Shown one piece after another: positions 45,937 through 57,251 of a DNA stretch of 64,000 nucleotides. Made by a program: the position numbers and the translations under genes. The stretch's first letter is position 1; every line of letters starts with the position of its first letter. Source of the DNA: an uncultured Methylotenera sp. (lineage in GTDB: Bacteria > Pseudomonadota > Gammaproteobacteria > Burkholderiales > Methylophilaceae); assembly GCA_964415305.1 (NCBI GenBank), contig CAYPZE010000001.1, forward strand, positions 456-64,455. Reading direction: 5' to 3'. The notes beneath the pieces were generated by a model. It was not told the origin of the DNA, did no database searches, and saw only the letters and a program-made list of their open reading frames with translations.

Positions 45937-46131
45937 ATGAAAGCTTCTGAATTGAGAGCAAAGTCAGCAGATGAGCTCAATAACGAGTTGGTTGAGTTGC
46001 GCCGTGCGCAGTTTTCACTGCGTATGCAGGTAGCCACCCAACAATTGAACAAAGTAGATCAGCTGGGTAAAGTGCGCAAAGATATCGCTCGCGTGAACTC
46101 TGTATTGGCTGAGAAAGCGAAACAGGCATGA
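45937..46131 (+). CDS. rpmC: 50S protein L29
   Basis: [15 protein letters not shown]. Confidence 0.97.
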   Translation: MKASELRAKSADELNNELVELRRAQFSLRMQVATQQLNKVDQLGKVRKDIARVNSVLAEKAKQA

Positions 46132-46385
46132 TGACTGAAAAAGCGAAAGTAGTACGCAGTTTGACTGGCCGCGTGGTAAGCAACAAGATGGATAAAACCG
46201 TGACTGTGCTTGTCGAGCGTAAAGTGAAACACCCTCTGATTGGTAAAGTGGTTGTTAAATCGAACAAGTTCCATGCACATGATGAAACAAATGCATGCAA
46301 CGAAGGCGATGTTGTGACAATCACAGAAACTCGCCCATACTCCAAGAGCAAATCTTGGATTGTAAGCAAAATCGAAGCTAAATAA
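46128..46385 (+). CDS. rpsQ: 30S protein S17
   Basis: [21 protein letters not shown]. Confidence 0.98.
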   Translation: MMTEKAKVVRSLTGRVVSNKMDKTVTVLVERKVKHPLIGKVVVKSNKFHAHDETNACNEGDVVTITETRPYSKSKSWIVSKIEAK

Positions 46386-46413
46386 GGCTTCAAATATAAA
46401 ACCGGAAAAACGC

Positions 46414-46443
46414 TTGTCATAAGCGTTTTTTTGGTTGTATAAT
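46414..46443 (+). promoter_or_regulatory. spc operon promoter overlapping the S10-operon terminator hairpin
   Basis: TTGTCA, 18 nt spacer, TATAAT; hairpin aaaaacgctt-gtcat-aagcgttttt. Confidence 0.75.
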
Positions 46444-46488
46444 GTTGGACTTTTCGGTGCCCGCCTTAGTTGGCATGTAGCTGGCACC

Positions 46489-46564
46489 CCAATACTGACC
46501 GTGGTCTATTGGCCGAAATTGTGAAAGCAAGCGGCTGTAGTGGTTATAACGGATTAAGTTGGAG
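46489..46564 (+). promoter_or_regulatory. Candidate S8-binding leader (16S helix-21 mimic) at the rplN RBS
   Basis: CCAATACTGACCGT (46489-502) pairs with ACGGATTAAGTTGG (46549-562); contains the AUACUG/UUAAGU core. Confidence 0.65.
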
Positions 46565-46574
46565 ATTATTTCTC

Positions 46575-46943
46575 ATGATTCAAATGCAATCTCGGCTGGA
46601 AGTAGCCGACAACACTGGTGCGCGTTCCGTTCAGTGTATCAAAGTCTTGGGTGGTTCCAAGCGTCGTTATGCCAGCATTGGCGACATCATTAAGGTCAGC
46701 GTGAAAGATGCTGCGCCGCGTGGTCGTGTCAAGAAAGGTGAAATCTACAACGCTGTGGTAGTGCGCACTGCTAAAGGTGTTCGCCGTCCAGATGGTTCGT
46801 TAGTTAAATTTGATGCCAATGCCGCAGTCTTGTTGAACAACAAGCTTGAGCCTATTGGTACGCGTATTTTTGGCCCTGTGACACGTGAATTGCGTAGTGA
46901 GCGCTTCATGAAGATTGTTTCACTGGCGCCTGAAGTGTTGTAA
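46575..46943 (+). CDS. rplN: 50S protein L14
   Basis: [24 protein letters not shown]; ATG at 46575. Confidence 0.98.
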   Translation: MIQMQSRLEVADNTGARSVQCIKVLGGSKRRYASIGDIIKVSVKDAAPRGRVKKGEIYNAVVVRTAKGVRRPDGSLVKFDANAAVLLNNKLEPIGTRIFGPVTRELRSERFMKIVSLAPEVL

Positions 46944-46962
46944 TCGGCTTGGAGACAATCAA

Positions 46963-47280
46963 ATGAGCAAAATTCGCAAAGGTGACCAGGTCATTCTGAA
47001 CACAGGTAAAGATGCAGGTAAAACAGGTGCTGTTTTAAGCGTCTTGCCAACCGGCCATGTAGTGGTTGAAGGTTTGAATGTGGTTAAAAAACACACTCGC
47101 CCAAACCCGATGCGTGGTATCACTGGTGGCATCATCAGCAAGGAAATGCCGGTAGACGGCTCCAATGTGGCAATCTTCAATGCTGCAACACAAAAAGCTG
47201 ATCGTGTTGGTTTCAAGGTACTGGAAGATGGTCGCAAGATTCGTGTATTCAAATCTAGCGGCGAGTCTATCGACGCATAG
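46963..47280 (+). CDS. rplX: 50S protein L24
   Basis: [21 protein letters not shown]; ATG at 46963. Confidence 0.97.
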   Translation: MSKIRKGDQVILNTGKDAGKTGAVLSVLPTGHVVVEGLNVVKKHTRPNPMRGITGGIISKEMPVDGSNVAIFNAATQKADRVGFKVLEDGRKIRVFKSSGESIDA

Positions 47281-47288
47281 GACAATAT

Positions 47289-47828
47289 ATGGCACGTTTA
47301 AAACAGTATTATAACGATAGCGTGGTCGCCAAATTGACAGAACAATTTGGTTACACCTCAGCAATGCAGGTTCCACGTATCGAAAAAATTACCCTGAACA
47401 TGGGTGTAGGCGAGGCTGTGGCTGATAAGAAAGTCATGGAGAACGCTGTTTCTGATATGCAGAAGATTGCAGGTCAAAAACCAATCGTAACCAAGGCTAA
47501 GAAATCTGTCGCTGCATTTAAAATCCGTGACGACTATCCTGTTGGTTGCAAAGTAACGTTGCGTCGTGAGCGCATGTACGAATTCCTAGATCGCCTGATC
47601 ACTGTGGCTATTCCACGTATTCGTGACTTCCGTGGTATCTCTGGCAAGTCTTTTGACGGCCGTGGTAACTACAACATGGGCGTGAAAGAGCAAATCATTT
47701 TCCCAGAAATCGAATACGATAAAATCGATGCGCTGCGCGGGATGAATATCACGATTACTACAACTGCGAAAACAGACGAAGAAGCGAAAGCTCTTTTGGC
47801 TGCGTTTAGTTTCCCTTTCAGAGGTTAA
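47289..47828 (+). CDS. rplE: 50S protein L5
   Basis: [24 protein letters not shown]. Confidence 0.98.
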   Translation: MARLKQYYNDSVVAKLTEQFGYTSAMQVPRIEKITLNMGVGEAVADKKVMENAVSDMQKIAGQKPIVTKAKKSVAAFKIRDDYPVGCKVTLRRERMYEFLDRLITVAIPRIRDFRGISGKSFDGRGNYNMGVKEQIIFPEIEYDKIDALRGMNITITTTAKTDEEAKALLAAFSFPFRG

Positions 47829-47831
47829 GTC

Positions 47832-48137
47832 ATGGCAAAAGTATGTATGACAGAGCGCGAGCAAAAGCGTCGCGAAACCGTTAAAAAATATGCAGCTAAA
47901 CGTGCTGAATTGGTTGCTGCTAGCAACGATCAGTCTGCCAGCGTCGAAGATCGCATGGCTGCACGTTTGAAGTTGCAAAGTCTGCCACGCAACTCCAGTC
48001 CTGTTCGCACACGTAACCGTTGTGCTTTGACTGGTCGTCCACGTGGTGTGTTTAGTAAATTTGGTATCGCACGTAACGAGTTGCGTAAATTGATGATGGC
48101 TGGTCACGTACCAGGTGTCACCAAGGCCAGCTGGTAA
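47832..48137 (+). CDS. rpsN: 30S protein S14 (long, zinc-independent type)
   Basis: [20 protein letters not shown]. Confidence 0.98.
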   Translation: MAKVCMTEREQKRRETVKKYAAKRAELVAASNDQSASVEDRMAARLKLQSLPRNSSPVRTRNRCALTGRPRGVFSKFGIARNELRKLMMAGHVPGVTKASW

Positions 48138-48151
48138 CGGAGGAATAGAAC

Positions 48152-48547
48152 ATGAGTATGAGTGATCCGATTGCCGATATGTTGACCCGTATTCGTAACG
48201 CGCAACGTACGAATAAAACATCTGTGTCAATGCCGGCTTCCAAAGTTAAAGGCGCCATTGCAAACGTGTTGAAAGATGAAGGTTATATCGATGATTTCAA
48301 CGTTCAGAACAATGATGGTAAGCCTGTTTTGAACATTAGCCTGAAATACTATGCCGGTCGTCCAGTCATTGAGAAGATCGAGCGTGTATCTAAGCCAGGT
48401 TTGCGTATTTATAAAGGTAGTCAGAATCTGCCAAAAGTGATGAACGGTTTAGGTGTGACTATCGTTTCCACTTCCAGAGGCGTGATGACAGATCGTAAAG
48501 CACAAGCTGCCGGTATCGGTGGTGAAGTTTTGTGCATCGTGGCCTAA
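48152..48547 (+). CDS. rpsH: 30S protein S8
   Basis: [28 protein letters not shown]. Confidence 0.99.
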   Translation: MSMSDPIADMLTRIRNAQRTNKTSVSMPASKVKGAIANVLKDEGYIDDFNVQNNDGKPVLNISLKYYAGRPVIEKIERVSKPGLRIYKGSQNLPKVMNGLGVTIVSTSRGVMTDRKAQAAGIGGEVLCIVA

Positions 48548-48558
48548 GGAGAATCAAT

Positions 48559-49092
48559 ATGTCACGTGTTGCTAAAAACCCGATTGCGATTCCTGCGAAA
48601 GTGGAAGTTGTAATTTCTGCGTCAGAGATCTCAGTAAGTGGTCCTCTGGGCAAATTAAGCCAAGCGCTGGTTTCAGAGATTTCTGTTTCCCGTGAAGGTG
48701 AAGAGTTGTTGGTAAAAGCGAACAGCGAAACACAACACGCAAGAGCGATGTCAGGTACGACGCGCGCTTTGCTGGCCAATATGGTTGTGGGTGTTTCTAC
48801 TGGCTTTACCCGTAAATTGTCACTGATTGGCGTTGGCTATAAAGCAAATGCTCAAGGTTCTACCCTGAACCTGGAGTTAGGCTACTCTCACCCGATTAAC
48901 CACAAAATGCCTGAAGGCGTGACTGTACAAACACCTACTCCAACAGAGGTGATTTTGACGGGCGCCAACAAGCAAGTGGTTGGTCAAGTGGCTGCCCAGA
49001 TTCGTGCTTACCGCGCTCCAGAGCCATATAAAGGCAAAGGTGTTCGTTACTCCGATGAAGTGGTCACCATTAAAGAGACCAAGAAAAAATAA
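48559..49092 (+). CDS. rplF: 50S protein L6
   Basis: MSRVAKNP, PEPYKGKG; ATG at 48559. Confidence 0.98.
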   Translation: MSRVAKNPIAIPAKVEVVISASEISVSGPLGKLSQALVSEISVSREGEELLVKANSETQHARAMSGTTRALLANMVVGVSTGFTRKLSLIGVGYKANAQGSTLNLELGYSHPINHKMPEGVTVQTPTPTEVILTGANKQVVGQVAAQIRAYRAPEPYKGKGVRYSDEVVTIKETKKK

Positions 49093-49167
49093 CTAAGGCA
49101 CTTGCAGCGTAATGCTGCAAGGTTAGACACTGGCCTTAACAGTGAATCAACATTAAAGGTAAATTCA

Positions 49168-49521
49168 ATGAAGAACGTAAATAACCGCTTGCGCAGAGCA
49201 CGTAAAACCCGTGCCAAAATCGCCGAGTTAAAAGTTACACGTTTGAGTGTACATCGCACCAATACCAATATCTACGCACAGATCATTGCTGAAACTGGCG
49301 ATCGCGTATTGGCGAGTGCATCCACCGTTGAGGCTGAAGTGCGTCAACAACTGAAAAATGGCGGCAACATCGAAGCTGCAACCCTGATTGGTAAGCGTAT
49401 TGCTGAAAAAGCAGCACAAGCTGGCATTACCACTGTTGCATTTGATCGTTCAGGCTACAAGTATCACGGTCGTATCAAGGCTTTGGCCGAAGCTGCCCGT
49501 GAAACCGGTCTCAAATTCTAA
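49168..49521 (+). CDS. rplR: 50S protein L18
   Basis: [18 protein letters not shown]; ATG at 49168. Confidence 0.97.
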   Translation: MKNVNNRLRRARKTRAKIAELKVTRLSVHRTNTNIYAQIIAETGDRVLASASTVEAEVRQQLKNGGNIEAATLIGKRIAEKAAQAGITTVAFDRSGYKYHGRIKALAEAARETGLKF

Positions 49522-49535
49522 GGGTGAGATAAAGA

Positions 49536-50042
49536 ATGGCTAAAGATATTGAACAGCAGCAAACCGACGGTTTGCGCGAAAAGATGATCACCGTTAACCG
49601 TGTAAGTAAAACGGTTAAGGGCGGTCGTATCATGAGCTTCGCTGCATTGACCGTGGTTGGTGATGGTGATGGTGCCGTTGGTATGGGTAAAGGTAAAGCA
49701 CGTGAAGTGCCAGTGGCTGTACAGAAAGCCATGGATGAAGCCCGTCGCAACATGGTTAAAGTCAACCTGAATAACGGTACATTGCACCACGCAGTGACTG
49801 GCGTTCACGGTGCAGCCAAAGTGCTGATTCAGCCAGCTTCTGAAGGTACTGGTATTATCGCTGGTGGTGCAATGCGCGCTATCTTCGAGGTAATGGGCGT
49901 GACTAACGTGGTTGCAAAAAGTATTGGTTCTACCAATCCTTACAACCTGGTTCGCGCAACTTTGAACGGTCTGGCATCCATGAATACGCCGGCTGAAATC
50001 GCCGCTAAACGTGGTAAGACCGTAGAAGAAATCAGAGGTTAA
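49536..50042 (+). CDS. rpsE: 30S protein S5
   Basis: [18 protein letters not shown]. Confidence 0.98.
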   Translation: MAKDIEQQQTDGLREKMITVNRVSKTVKGGRIMSFAALTVVGDGDGAVGMGKGKAREVPVAVQKAMDEARRNMVKVNLNNGTLHHAVTGVHGAAKVLIQPASEGTGIIAGGAMRAIFEVMGVTNVVAKSIGSTNPYNLVRATLNGLASMNTPAEIAAKRGKTVEEIRG

Positions 50043-50044
50043 TC

Positions 50045-50239
50045 ATGGCTAAAGCAAAAAAAGAAAGCGCTACTTTAAAAGTAACGTTGGTTAGAAGTTT
50101 GATTGGTCGTATTGAAGCTCACAAAGCCACTGTACGTGGTTTGGGTCTGCGTCGTATGCACCACACTGTAGAAGTGCAGGACACTCCTGAAATTCGCGGC
50201 ATGATCAATGCAGTGAGTTATCTTTTGAAGGTTGAATAA
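50045..50239 (+). CDS. rpmD: 50S protein L30
   Basis: LVRSLIG, GLGLRR. Confidence 0.97.
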   Translation: MAKAKKESATLKVTLVRSLIGRIEAHKATVRGLGLRRMHHTVEVQDTPEIRGMINAVSYLLKVE

Positions 50240-50241
50240 TC

Positions 50242-50679
50242 ATGCAATTAAACACGATTAAGCCTGCTGCAGGCGCAAAAAAAGCACCTCGTCGTTTAGG
50301 TCGTGGCATTGGCTCTGGTTTGGGTAAAACTGGTGGCCGTGGTCATAAAGGTCAAAAATCCCGTGCTGGCGGTTTCCATAAGGTCGGTTTTGAAGGCGGT
50401 CAAATGCCTTTGCAACGCCGTCTGCCTAAGCGTGGTTTTAACTCATTGACTCAAGCTGACACTGCACGTATCCGTACAAGCGAGTTGGCTTTGGTGGATG
50501 CTGAAGTGATCGACATTTTGTCTTTGAAAGCAGCCAAATTGGTGCCTGCCTCTGCCAAAGCAGTCAAGGTTTACCTGTCTGGTGAAGTGGCTGGCAAAGT
50601 ACAAGTTCAAGGGTTGTTGTTGACTAAAGGTGCTCAAGCTGCCATCGAATCTGCTGGCGGAAAAGTACTGGAAGTCTAA
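50242..50679 (+). CDS. rplO: 50S protein L15
   Basis: [15 protein letters not shown]. Confidence 0.98.
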   Translation: MQLNTIKPAAGAKKAPRRLGRGIGSGLGKTGGRGHKGQKSRAGGFHKVGFEGGQMPLQRRLPKRGFNSLTQADTARIRTSELALVDAEVIDILSLKAAKLVPASAKAVKVYLSGEVAGKVQVQGLLLTKGAQAAIESAGGKVLEV

Positions 50680-50705
50680 ATCTGTTGTAAGAAAAGAGTA
50701 TCAGC

Positions 50706-52019
50706 TTGGCACAGGATAATATCTTAAGTTCCGTAAGCAAACTTGGCGAGTTAAAAAGCCGTTTGTGGTTCTTGTTGGGCGCATTGGTGGTTTACCGCTT
50801 AGGTGCGCATATTCCAGTGCCAGGCATTGATCCAACTGTATTAAAGCAGTTGTTTGATACGCAGAAAGATGGCATTTTGGGCATGTTTAACATGTTCTCC
50901 GGTGGTGCGTTGTCACGCTTCACCGTGTTTGCCCTCGGCATCATGCCTTACATTTCTGCCTCAATTATTATGCAGTTGCTGACAGTGGTTTCACCACAGC
51001 TCGAGCAGCTGAAAAAAGAAGGCGAAGCTGGTCGTCGTCAGATTACCAAATACACCCGCTACGGTACGGTGTTGTTGGCAACTTTCCAGGCATTAGGCAT
51101 TGCCATTGCTCTGGAAGGACAGGCTGGTCTGGTATTGGATCCAGGCTTTGCATTCCGTATTACTGCTGTGACCACCCTGGTGGCTGGCACAATGTTTTTG
51201 ATGTGGTTGGGCGAGCAGATTACCGAGCGTGGTATCGGTAATGGCATCTCGATCATTATTTTCGCCGGTATCGTGGCTGGCTTGCCGCACGCAATTGGCA
51301 GTACGCTGGATCTGGCTAAAACTGGTGCATTCTCCATTCCGTTGGTGATGTTCTTGTTTGTGGCGGTGATTTTAGTGACCGCACTGGTGGTGTTTGTTGA
51401 ACGTGGTCAACGCAAGATCACCGTCAACTATGCCAAGCGTCAGGTCGGTAATCGAATTTATGGTGGTCAGTCTACGCACTTGCCACTGAAGCTGAATATG
51501 TCAGGTGTGATTCCACCGATTTTCGCTTCAAGTATTATTTTGTTCCCGGCCACTTTGGCTGGATGGTTTGGCAGCAGTGAGCATATGTACTGGTTGAAGG
51601 ATGTGAGTGCAAAACTTTCTCCAGGCCAGCCCTTGTATATTTTGTTGTTTGCGGCCGCGATTTTGTTCTTTGCTTTTTTCTACACGGCATTGGTATTCAA
51701 TCCGAAAGAAACAGCAGATAACCTGAAGAAGAGTGGTGCGTTTGTGCCGGGGATTCGTCCTGGTGATCAAACCGCTAAATACATTGATCGCATCATGGGA
51801 CGTTTGACGCTGATTGGTGCGCTGTACATTACGCTGGTTTGTTTGTTGCCAGAGTTTTTAGTGTTGAAGTTTAATACCCCGTTCTATTTTGGTGGTACTT
51901 CATTGTTGATTATCGTTGTTGTGACGATGGACTTTATGACGCAGGTGCAATCACATCTGATGTCACAACAGTATGAGGGATTGCTGAAAAAAGCCAATTT
52001 TAAAGGATCGGGCAAGTAG
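50706..52019 (+). CDS. secY: Preprotein translocase SecY
   Basis: [24 protein letters not shown]; TTG start. Confidence 0.97.
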   Translation: MAQDNILSSVSKLGELKSRLWFLLGALVVYRLGAHIPVPGIDPTVLKQLFDTQKDGILGMFNMFSGGALSRFTVFALGIMPYISASIIMQLLTVVSPQLEQLKKEGEAGRRQITKYTRYGTVLLATFQALGIAIALEGQAGLVLDPGFAFRITAVTTLVAGTMFLMWLGEQITERGIGNGISIIIFAGIVAGLPHAIGSTLDLAKTGAFSIPLVMFLFVAVILVTALVVFVERGQRKITVNYAKRQVGNRIYGGQSTHLPLKLNMSGVIPPIFASSIILFPATLAGWFGSSEHMYWLKDVSAKLSPGQPLYILLFAAAILFFAFFYTALVFNPKETADNLKKSGAFVPGIRPGDQTAKYIDRIMGRLTLIGALYITLVCLLPEFLVLKFNTPFYFGGTSLLIIVVVTMDFMTQVQSHLMSQQYEGLLKKANFKGSGK

Positions 52020-52021
52020 CA

Positions 52022-52240
52022 ATGGCAAGAGAGGATCGCATTGAGATGCAAGGCGAGATTCTGGAAAACCTGCCTAATGCAACTTTTAAAGTGAAACTTG
52101 AAAATGGTCATACTGTACTAGGTTATATCTCAGGCAAGATGCGCATGCATTACATACGCATTTTACCTGGTGACAAAGTTACAGTAGAAATGACCCCGTA
52201 TGATTTAACCCGTGCGCGAATTACATTCCGCGCAAAGTAA
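52022..52240 (+). CDS. infA: Translation initiation factor IF-1
   Basis: [21 protein letters not shown]. Confidence 0.98.
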   Translation: MAREDRIEMQGEILENLPNATFKVKLENGHTVLGYISGKMRMHYIRILPGDKVTVEMTPYDLTRARITFRAK

Positions 52241-52264
52241 GTGAATTAAATAAAGGAAAGTAAG

Positions 52265-52378
52265 ATGAGAGTTCGCGCATCAGTTAAAACATTATGCCGT
52301 AACTGTAAAGTTGTAAGACGTCGCGGCGTTGTTCGTGTTATTTGTACTGACCCACGTCATAAACAACGTCAAGGGTAA
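52265..52378 (+). CDS. rpmJ: 50S protein L36 (not in ORF track)
   Basis: Own translation [37 protein letters not shown]; zinc-ribbon type. Confidence 0.97.
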   Translation: MRVRASVKTLCRNCKVVRRRGVVRVICTDPRHKQRQG

Positions 52379-52393
52379 TGGTAAAACATTTGC

Positions 52394-52428
52394 TTGTGAG
52401 AGAATTGATTCGCTGATATAATATGCGG
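52394..52428 (+). promoter_or_regulatory. Alpha operon promoter
   Basis: TTGTGA, 17 nt spacer, extended -10 TGaTATAAT (52414-22). Confidence 0.7.
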
Positions 52429-52487
52429 CTTTTCTTTTCTACGCACAAGTTTGATCGTGAAAAACGATTGATTATTGGAGTTTAAGT

Positions 52488-52850
52488 ATGGCTCGTATTG
52501 CCGGGGTAAATATCCCAAACCACAAACATGCAGAAATTGCTTTGACCTCTATTTACGGTATTGGTCGCGATACTGCGCAGAAAATCTGTGCTGCGGCTGG
52601 TGTACTGACAACAGCAAAGGTGAAAGACCTGAGCGACTCAGAAGTTGAAAAGCTGCGTGACGAAGTGGCTAAATACACTGTTGAAGGTGATCTGCGTCGT
52701 GAGGTAACCATGAACATCAAGCGTTTGATGGACCTGGGTTGCTATCGCGGTATTCGCCATCGTCGTGGCTTACCAGTGCGCGGTCAGCGTACCAAAACCA
52801 ATGCGCGTACTCGCAAAGGTCCGGTAAAAGCCATCAAGCAATCTAAATAA
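52488..52850 (+). CDS. rpsM: 30S protein S13
   Basis: [24 protein letters not shown]. Confidence 0.99.
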   Translation: MARIAGVNIPNHKHAEIALTSIYGIGRDTAQKICAAAGVLTTAKVKDLSDSEVEKLRDEVAKYTVEGDLRREVTMNIKRLMDLGCYRGIRHRRGLPVRGQRTKTNARTRKGPVKAIKQSK

Positions 52851-52890
52851 TCTTTTATTGAACATCAGTAGATATTAAGGACAGTACAAC

Positions 52891-53280
52891 ATGGCAAAAG
52901 CTAATGTACGCGTTAGAAAAAAAGTTAAAAAGAATATTGCCGAGGGTATCGCTCACGTGCACGCTTCTTTTAACAACACGATTATTACGATTACCGATCG
53001 TCAAGGCAATGCGTTGTCATGGGCTACTTCCGGTGGTCAAGGTTTTAAAGGTTCACGTAAAAGTACTCCATTTGCTGCACAGGTAGCTTCTGAAGTAGCT
53101 GGTAAAGCTGCACAGGAATCCGGTGTGAAAAATCTGGAAGTACGTATCAAGGGTCCAGGTCCAGGTCGTGAATCTGCTGTGCGTGCGTTGAATGCTGCTG
53201 GTTTTAAAATCACTAGCATTACTGATGTGACCCCGGTGCCACACAACGGTTGCCGCCCACCGAAAAAACGCAGAATTTAA
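52891..53280 (+). CDS. rpsK: 30S protein S11
   Basis: [19 protein letters not shown]. Confidence 0.99.
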   Translation: MAKANVRVRKKVKKNIAEGIAHVHASFNNTIITITDRQGNALSWATSGGQGFKGSRKSTPFAAQVASEVAGKAAQESGVKNLEVRIKGPGPGRESAVRALNAAGFKITSITDVTPVPHNGCRPPKKRRI

Positions 53281-53327
53281 TTCATTTCGCTGTCACAGAT
53301 TAGCGAATCGATTACTGGAGAACTATT

Positions 53328-53957
53328 TTGGCTAGAAATTTAGACCCTAAATGCCGTCAATGCCGTCGTGAAGGTGAAAAACTGTTTCTGAAAGCAGAAA
53401 AATGCTTTACAGACAAATGCGCAATTGAAAAGCGCAACTTCGCACCAGGTCAGCATGGTCAGCGCCGCAACTCACGTCTGTCTGACTACGGCGTGCAATT
53501 GCGCGAGAAGCAAAAAGTACGTCGTATTTACGGCGTGTTGGAAGGTCAATTCCGTACTTACTACGCTGAAGCTGATCGTCAAAAAGGCATTACTGGTGAG
53601 AACCTGTTGCAATTGCTGGAGTCCCGTTTGGACAACGTAGCATACCGCATGGGTCTGGCTGGTTCACGTTCTGAAGCACGTCAAGTAGTGCGTCACAACA
53701 GCATTTTGGTTAATGGCAAGCGCGTAAACATTCCTTCATATCAAGTGAAGGCTGGTGACGTGATTACTGTTGCTGATAAGTCAAAAACACAATTGCGTAT
53801 TAAAGCTGCGGTTGAAGCGGCTGAACAACGTGGTTTCCCTGAGTGGTTGGAAGTCGACGTCAAAGCATTGTCTGGTAAGTTCAAGGCTAAACCTCAGCGT
53901 GATGAGTTGCCTGCTACCATCAATGAATCATTGATCGTTGAATTGTATTCCAAGTAA
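53328..53957 (+). CDS. rpsD: 30S protein S4 (four-Cys zinc type)
   Basis: CRQCRREG...C...C, LESRLDN; TTG start. Confidence 0.98.
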   Translation: MARNLDPKCRQCRREGEKLFLKAEKCFTDKCAIEKRNFAPGQHGQRRNSRLSDYGVQLREKQKVRRIYGVLEGQFRTYYAEADRQKGITGENLLQLLESRLDNVAYRMGLAGSRSEARQVVRHNSILVNGKRVNIPSYQVKAGDVITVADKSKTQLRIKAAVEAAEQRGFPEWLEVDVKALSGKFKAKPQRDELPATINESLIVELYSK

Positions 53958-54013
53958 TCACTTAGCCTAGGCTAAGGATTACTTGTTATTACCCAATTAC
54001 TTCAAGGAGTTGT

Positions 54014-55000
54014 ATGCAAAATAACCCTACAGATTATTTGAAGCCACGTGTTGTGGACGTTGAAGTGATTACTCCACTGCGCGCACGTGTGACTTTAGAG
54101 CCAATGGAACGTGGCTTTGGCTATACCTTGGGTAATGCGTTGAGAAGAGTGTTGCTTTCCTCCATCCCGGGTTTTGCCATTACTGAAGTAAAAATTGATG
54201 GTGTTGTACATGAGTACTCCACCATTGAAGGCGTACAGGAAGATGTTGTTGACATCTTGCTGAACCTGAAAGGTGTTGCTTTAAAGCTGCACAATAAAAC
54301 TGAAACGATTTTGGTATTGAGTAAATCTGGTGAAGGGATTGTGACTGCTGGTGACTTTGAAGTTGGCCATGATGCTGAGATCGTTAACCCGAACCACATT
54401 ATTGCTAACATCACCAAAGGTGGCAAGTTGAACCTGGAAGTGAAAGTTGAAATGGGCCGTGGCTATCAGCCAGTGCCAGCCCGTCAAAAAGCTAACGATG
54501 AAGATCGTGTATTGGGCTTTATGATGGTGGATGCTTCTTTCAGCCCAATCAACAAAGTGAGCTACCATGTTGAGAGCGCACGTGTTGAGCAGCGTACTGA
54601 TCTTGACAAACTGATTATGGATGTTGAGACGAACGGCATTATCGAGCCTGAGCAGGCAATTCGTGATGCAGCGCGTATCCTGATTGGTCAGTTGTCTGTG
54701 TTTGCAAATCTGGAAGGTGCTTCAGCAGATGTTGAAGTGAAAGCAGCGCCTCAGGTAGATCCTATTCTGTTGCGTCCGGTCGATGACCTGGAATTGACAG
54801 TACGTTCTGCCAACTGCCTCAAAGCGGAAAATATTTTCTACATTGGTGATCTGATTCAGCGTACGGAAAACGAATTGCTGAAAGCGCCTAACCTGGGTAG
54901 AAAATCATTGAATGAAATTAAAGACGTGTTGGCCTCTAAAGGCCTGACACTGGGAATGAAGCTGGAAAACTGGCCACCTGTTGGTCTGGAAAAAGCTTAA
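54014..55000 (+). CDS. rpoA: RNA polymerase alpha subunit
   Basis: [21 protein letters not shown]. Confidence 0.99.
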   Translation: MQNNPTDYLKPRVVDVEVITPLRARVTLEPMERGFGYTLGNALRRVLLSSIPGFAITEVKIDGVVHEYSTIEGVQEDVVDILLNLKGVALKLHNKTETILVLSKSGEGIVTAGDFEVGHDAEIVNPNHIIANITKGGKLNLEVKVEMGRGYQPVPARQKANDEDRVLGFMMVDASFSPINKVSYHVESARVEQRTDLDKLIMDVETNGIIEPEQAIRDAARILIGQLSVFANLEGASADVEVKAAPQVDPILLRPVDDLELTVRSANCLKAENIFYIGDLIQRTENELLKAPNLGRKSLNEIKDVLASKGLTLGMKLENWPPVGLEKA

Positions 55001-55032
55001 TTTCTGATCAAATAAATACTTAAGGAATTACT

Positions 55033-55419
55033 ATGCGTCACGGTAATAGCAATCGTAAATTGAACAGAACCAGCAGCCATCGCGCAGCTATGTTCCGCAA
55101 CATGGTGGCCTCTTTGCTGCGTCACGAAGTGATCAAAACAACTTTGCCAAAAGCAAAAGAACTGCGTAAATATGCAGAACCACTGATCACTCTGGGTAAA
55201 ACACCTACACTGGCAAACCGTCGTTTGGCATTCAGCCGTCTGCGTGACCGTGACATCGTAGGTAAGTTGTTCGGTGAACTGGGTCCACGTTACAATGCAC
55301 GCAATGGTGGCTATCTGCGTATTTTGAAGTGTGGTTTCCGCCAAGGCGACAATGCACCAATGGCATTTGTTGAGTTGGTTGATCGTCCAGAAGTTGCAGA
55401 AGCACCAGCAGCAGAATAA
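55033..55419 (+). CDS. rplQ: 50S protein L17
   Basis: [18 protein letters not shown]. Confidence 0.99.
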   Translation: MRHGNSNRKLNRTSSHRAAMFRNMVASLLRHEVIKTTLPKAKELRKYAEPLITLGKTPTLANRRLAFSRLRDRDIVGKLFGELGPRYNARNGGYLRILKCGFRQGDNAPMAFVELVDRPEVAEAPAAE

Positions 55420-55433
55420 GACGTGACGCAAGT

Positions 55434-55465
55434 ATAAAAAAGCCAGCTTTTGCTGGCTTTTTTAT
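55434..55465. terminator. Bidirectional terminator
   Basis: ataaaaaagccagc-tttt-gctggcttttttat between convergent genes. Confidence 0.9.
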
Positions 55466-55468
55466 TTT

Positions 55469-55711
55469 CTAGGCTTGGTTGGCAAGCCAGGTACGCATTT
55501 TTTCCGTATCAAATGGCCAGAGCAGTGCATTGGCGTGGTCGTTGTGTTCGTGAAGCAGTACTGGGATGCTGATTTCATAGCGCTGTAGCAATTTTTCGTC
55601 ATCAATGATGTCTAGGTATTCATAAGGCAGATTAAGTCCCTGCAACAGCTGCTCTGCGTCCTCACACAAGTGGCAACCTTTGGTGCCCAATAATATCAGT
55701 TGGTTTTGCAT
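55469..55711 (-). CDS. Glutaredoxin-like (DUF836-type) protein
   Basis: GCHLC, DI, RYEISIPVL, WPFD. Confidence 0.85.
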   Translation of the reverse strand: MQNQLILLGTKGCHLCEDAEQLLQGLNLPYEYLDIIDDEKLLQRYEISIPVLLHEHNDHANALLWPFDTEKMRTWLANQA

Positions 55712-55788
55712 AAAACTCTAGGTAGTGTCATCAACGCTTTGTACAATGATACCTGCAAAATTAACGCCTGCTCAACATTGGATCATGC

Positions 55789-57246
55789 ATGACAGAAATT
55801 CACGAACACGATGAGAAAGTGACCGAAGGCAAGGAAAGCCTGAGTGAGACTTTGCAGCAGGTGATCCACTTGCTGGATAAGCACAAGCTGGTCGAGCATG
55901 TGGTGCACAGGCAAGACATGCCTAAGCATGATCTGGTTGAGAATCTGGTTCACAAGCAAAATCTGAATATTCTGCAGCACAAGCTGGATCAGTTGCACCC
56001 GGCTGACGTCGCATACATCCTTGAGTCACTGCCATTAGATGACCGTTTGATGGTGTGGGACCTGGTCAAAGCTGACCGTGACGGTGAGATTTTGCTGGAG
56101 GCCTCCGATGCCGTGCGTCAGACGCTGATTGCGGACATGGACAGTGACGAGTTGCTCGCGGCTGCCGAGCAATTGGACACTGACGAGCTTGCTGACCTCG
56201 CGCCTGACTTGCCCAAAGACGTATTGCAAGACCTGCTTTATAGCCTGGATACGCAACATCGTGAGCGCCTGCAATCTGCGCTGTCATACCCGGATGACAC
56301 CGTGGGCGCCATCATGGATTTTGATATTGTGACGATTCGTGACGATATTACGCTGGAAGTTGTATTGCGTTACCTGCGCCGACTGCCAAAATTCCCAGAC
56401 CATACCGATAAGTTATTCGTCATTAATCGCGATGACATCCTGCAGGGGGTGTTGCCGCTCAAGCGCATTATTCTGAATGACCCGGAGACGCGGGTCGGCG
56501 ATATTATGTCGACAGATGCCGTGGTGTTTCATCCGGAAGATATGGCCGACCAAGCGGCGATGGCGTTTGAGCGTTATGACCTGGTAACGGCGCCGGTGGT
56601 CGACAACAACCGAAAACTAGTCGGACGGATTACCGTCGATACGGTCATGGATATTATTCGTGAGGAAGCTGAGTCAGATATGTTGTCTTTGGCCGGTTTG
56701 CGCGAAGAAGAAGACTTTTTTGCCTCGATCTGGAAGTCGGTACAAAACCGTTGGGCCTGGCTGGCAATCAACCTTGTCACCGCATTGGTGGCATCACGCG
56801 TGATTGGCCTGTTTGAAGGCAGTATCGAGAAAATCGTGGCGCTCGCCGCACTGATGCCGATTGTTGCCGGTATTGGTGGCAACTCTGGTAATCAAACCAC
56901 CACCATGATTGTGCGCGGTTTGGCGCTGGGCCAGATTTCTGGTTACCACATGAAGTCGTTGTTGCAAAAAGAGATGGGGGTGGCCTTGCTCAATGGTTTG
57001 CTGTGGGGCGGGGTGCTTGGCTTGATTGCCTTCTGGTTGTACCACAATGCGGCATTAGGTTTGGTGATGATGGCGGCGATGGCGCTCAACTTATTATTAG
57101 CGGCGATTATCGGCGTCATGATCCCGCTAGTGATGAATAAACTGGGCCGAGACCCGGCCGTTGGTTCAAGTGTGTTGATTACTGCACTCACTGACAGTGG
57201 CGGTTTCATGATCTTCCTCGGCCTGGCCACAATCTTTTTGTTGTAA
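55789..57246 (+). CDS. mgtE: Magnesium transporter MgtE
   Basis: N-domain, CBS pair, GGNSGNQ, DPAVGSS, TDSGG. Confidence 0.95.
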   Translation: MTEIHEHDEKVTEGKESLSETLQQVIHLLDKHKLVEHVVHRQDMPKHDLVENLVHKQNLNILQHKLDQLHPADVAYILESLPLDDRLMVWDLVKADRDGEILLEASDAVRQTLIADMDSDELLAAAEQLDTDELADLAPDLPKDVLQDLLYSLDTQHRERLQSALSYPDDTVGAIMDFDIVTIRDDITLEVVLRYLRRLPKFPDHTDKLFVINRDDILQGVLPLKRIILNDPETRVGDIMSTDAVVFHPEDMADQAAMAFERYDLVTAPVVDNNRKLVGRITVDTVMDIIREEAESDMLSLAGLREEEDFFASIWKSVQNRWAWLAINLVTALVASRVIGLFEGSIEKIVALAALMPIVAGIGGNSGNQTTTMIVRGLALGQISGYHMKSLLQKEMGVALLNGLLWGGVLGLIAFWLYHNAALGLVMMAAMALNLLLAAIIGVMIPLVMNKLGRDPAVGSSVLITALTDSGGFMIFLGLATIFLL

Positions 57247-57251
57247 AAACT

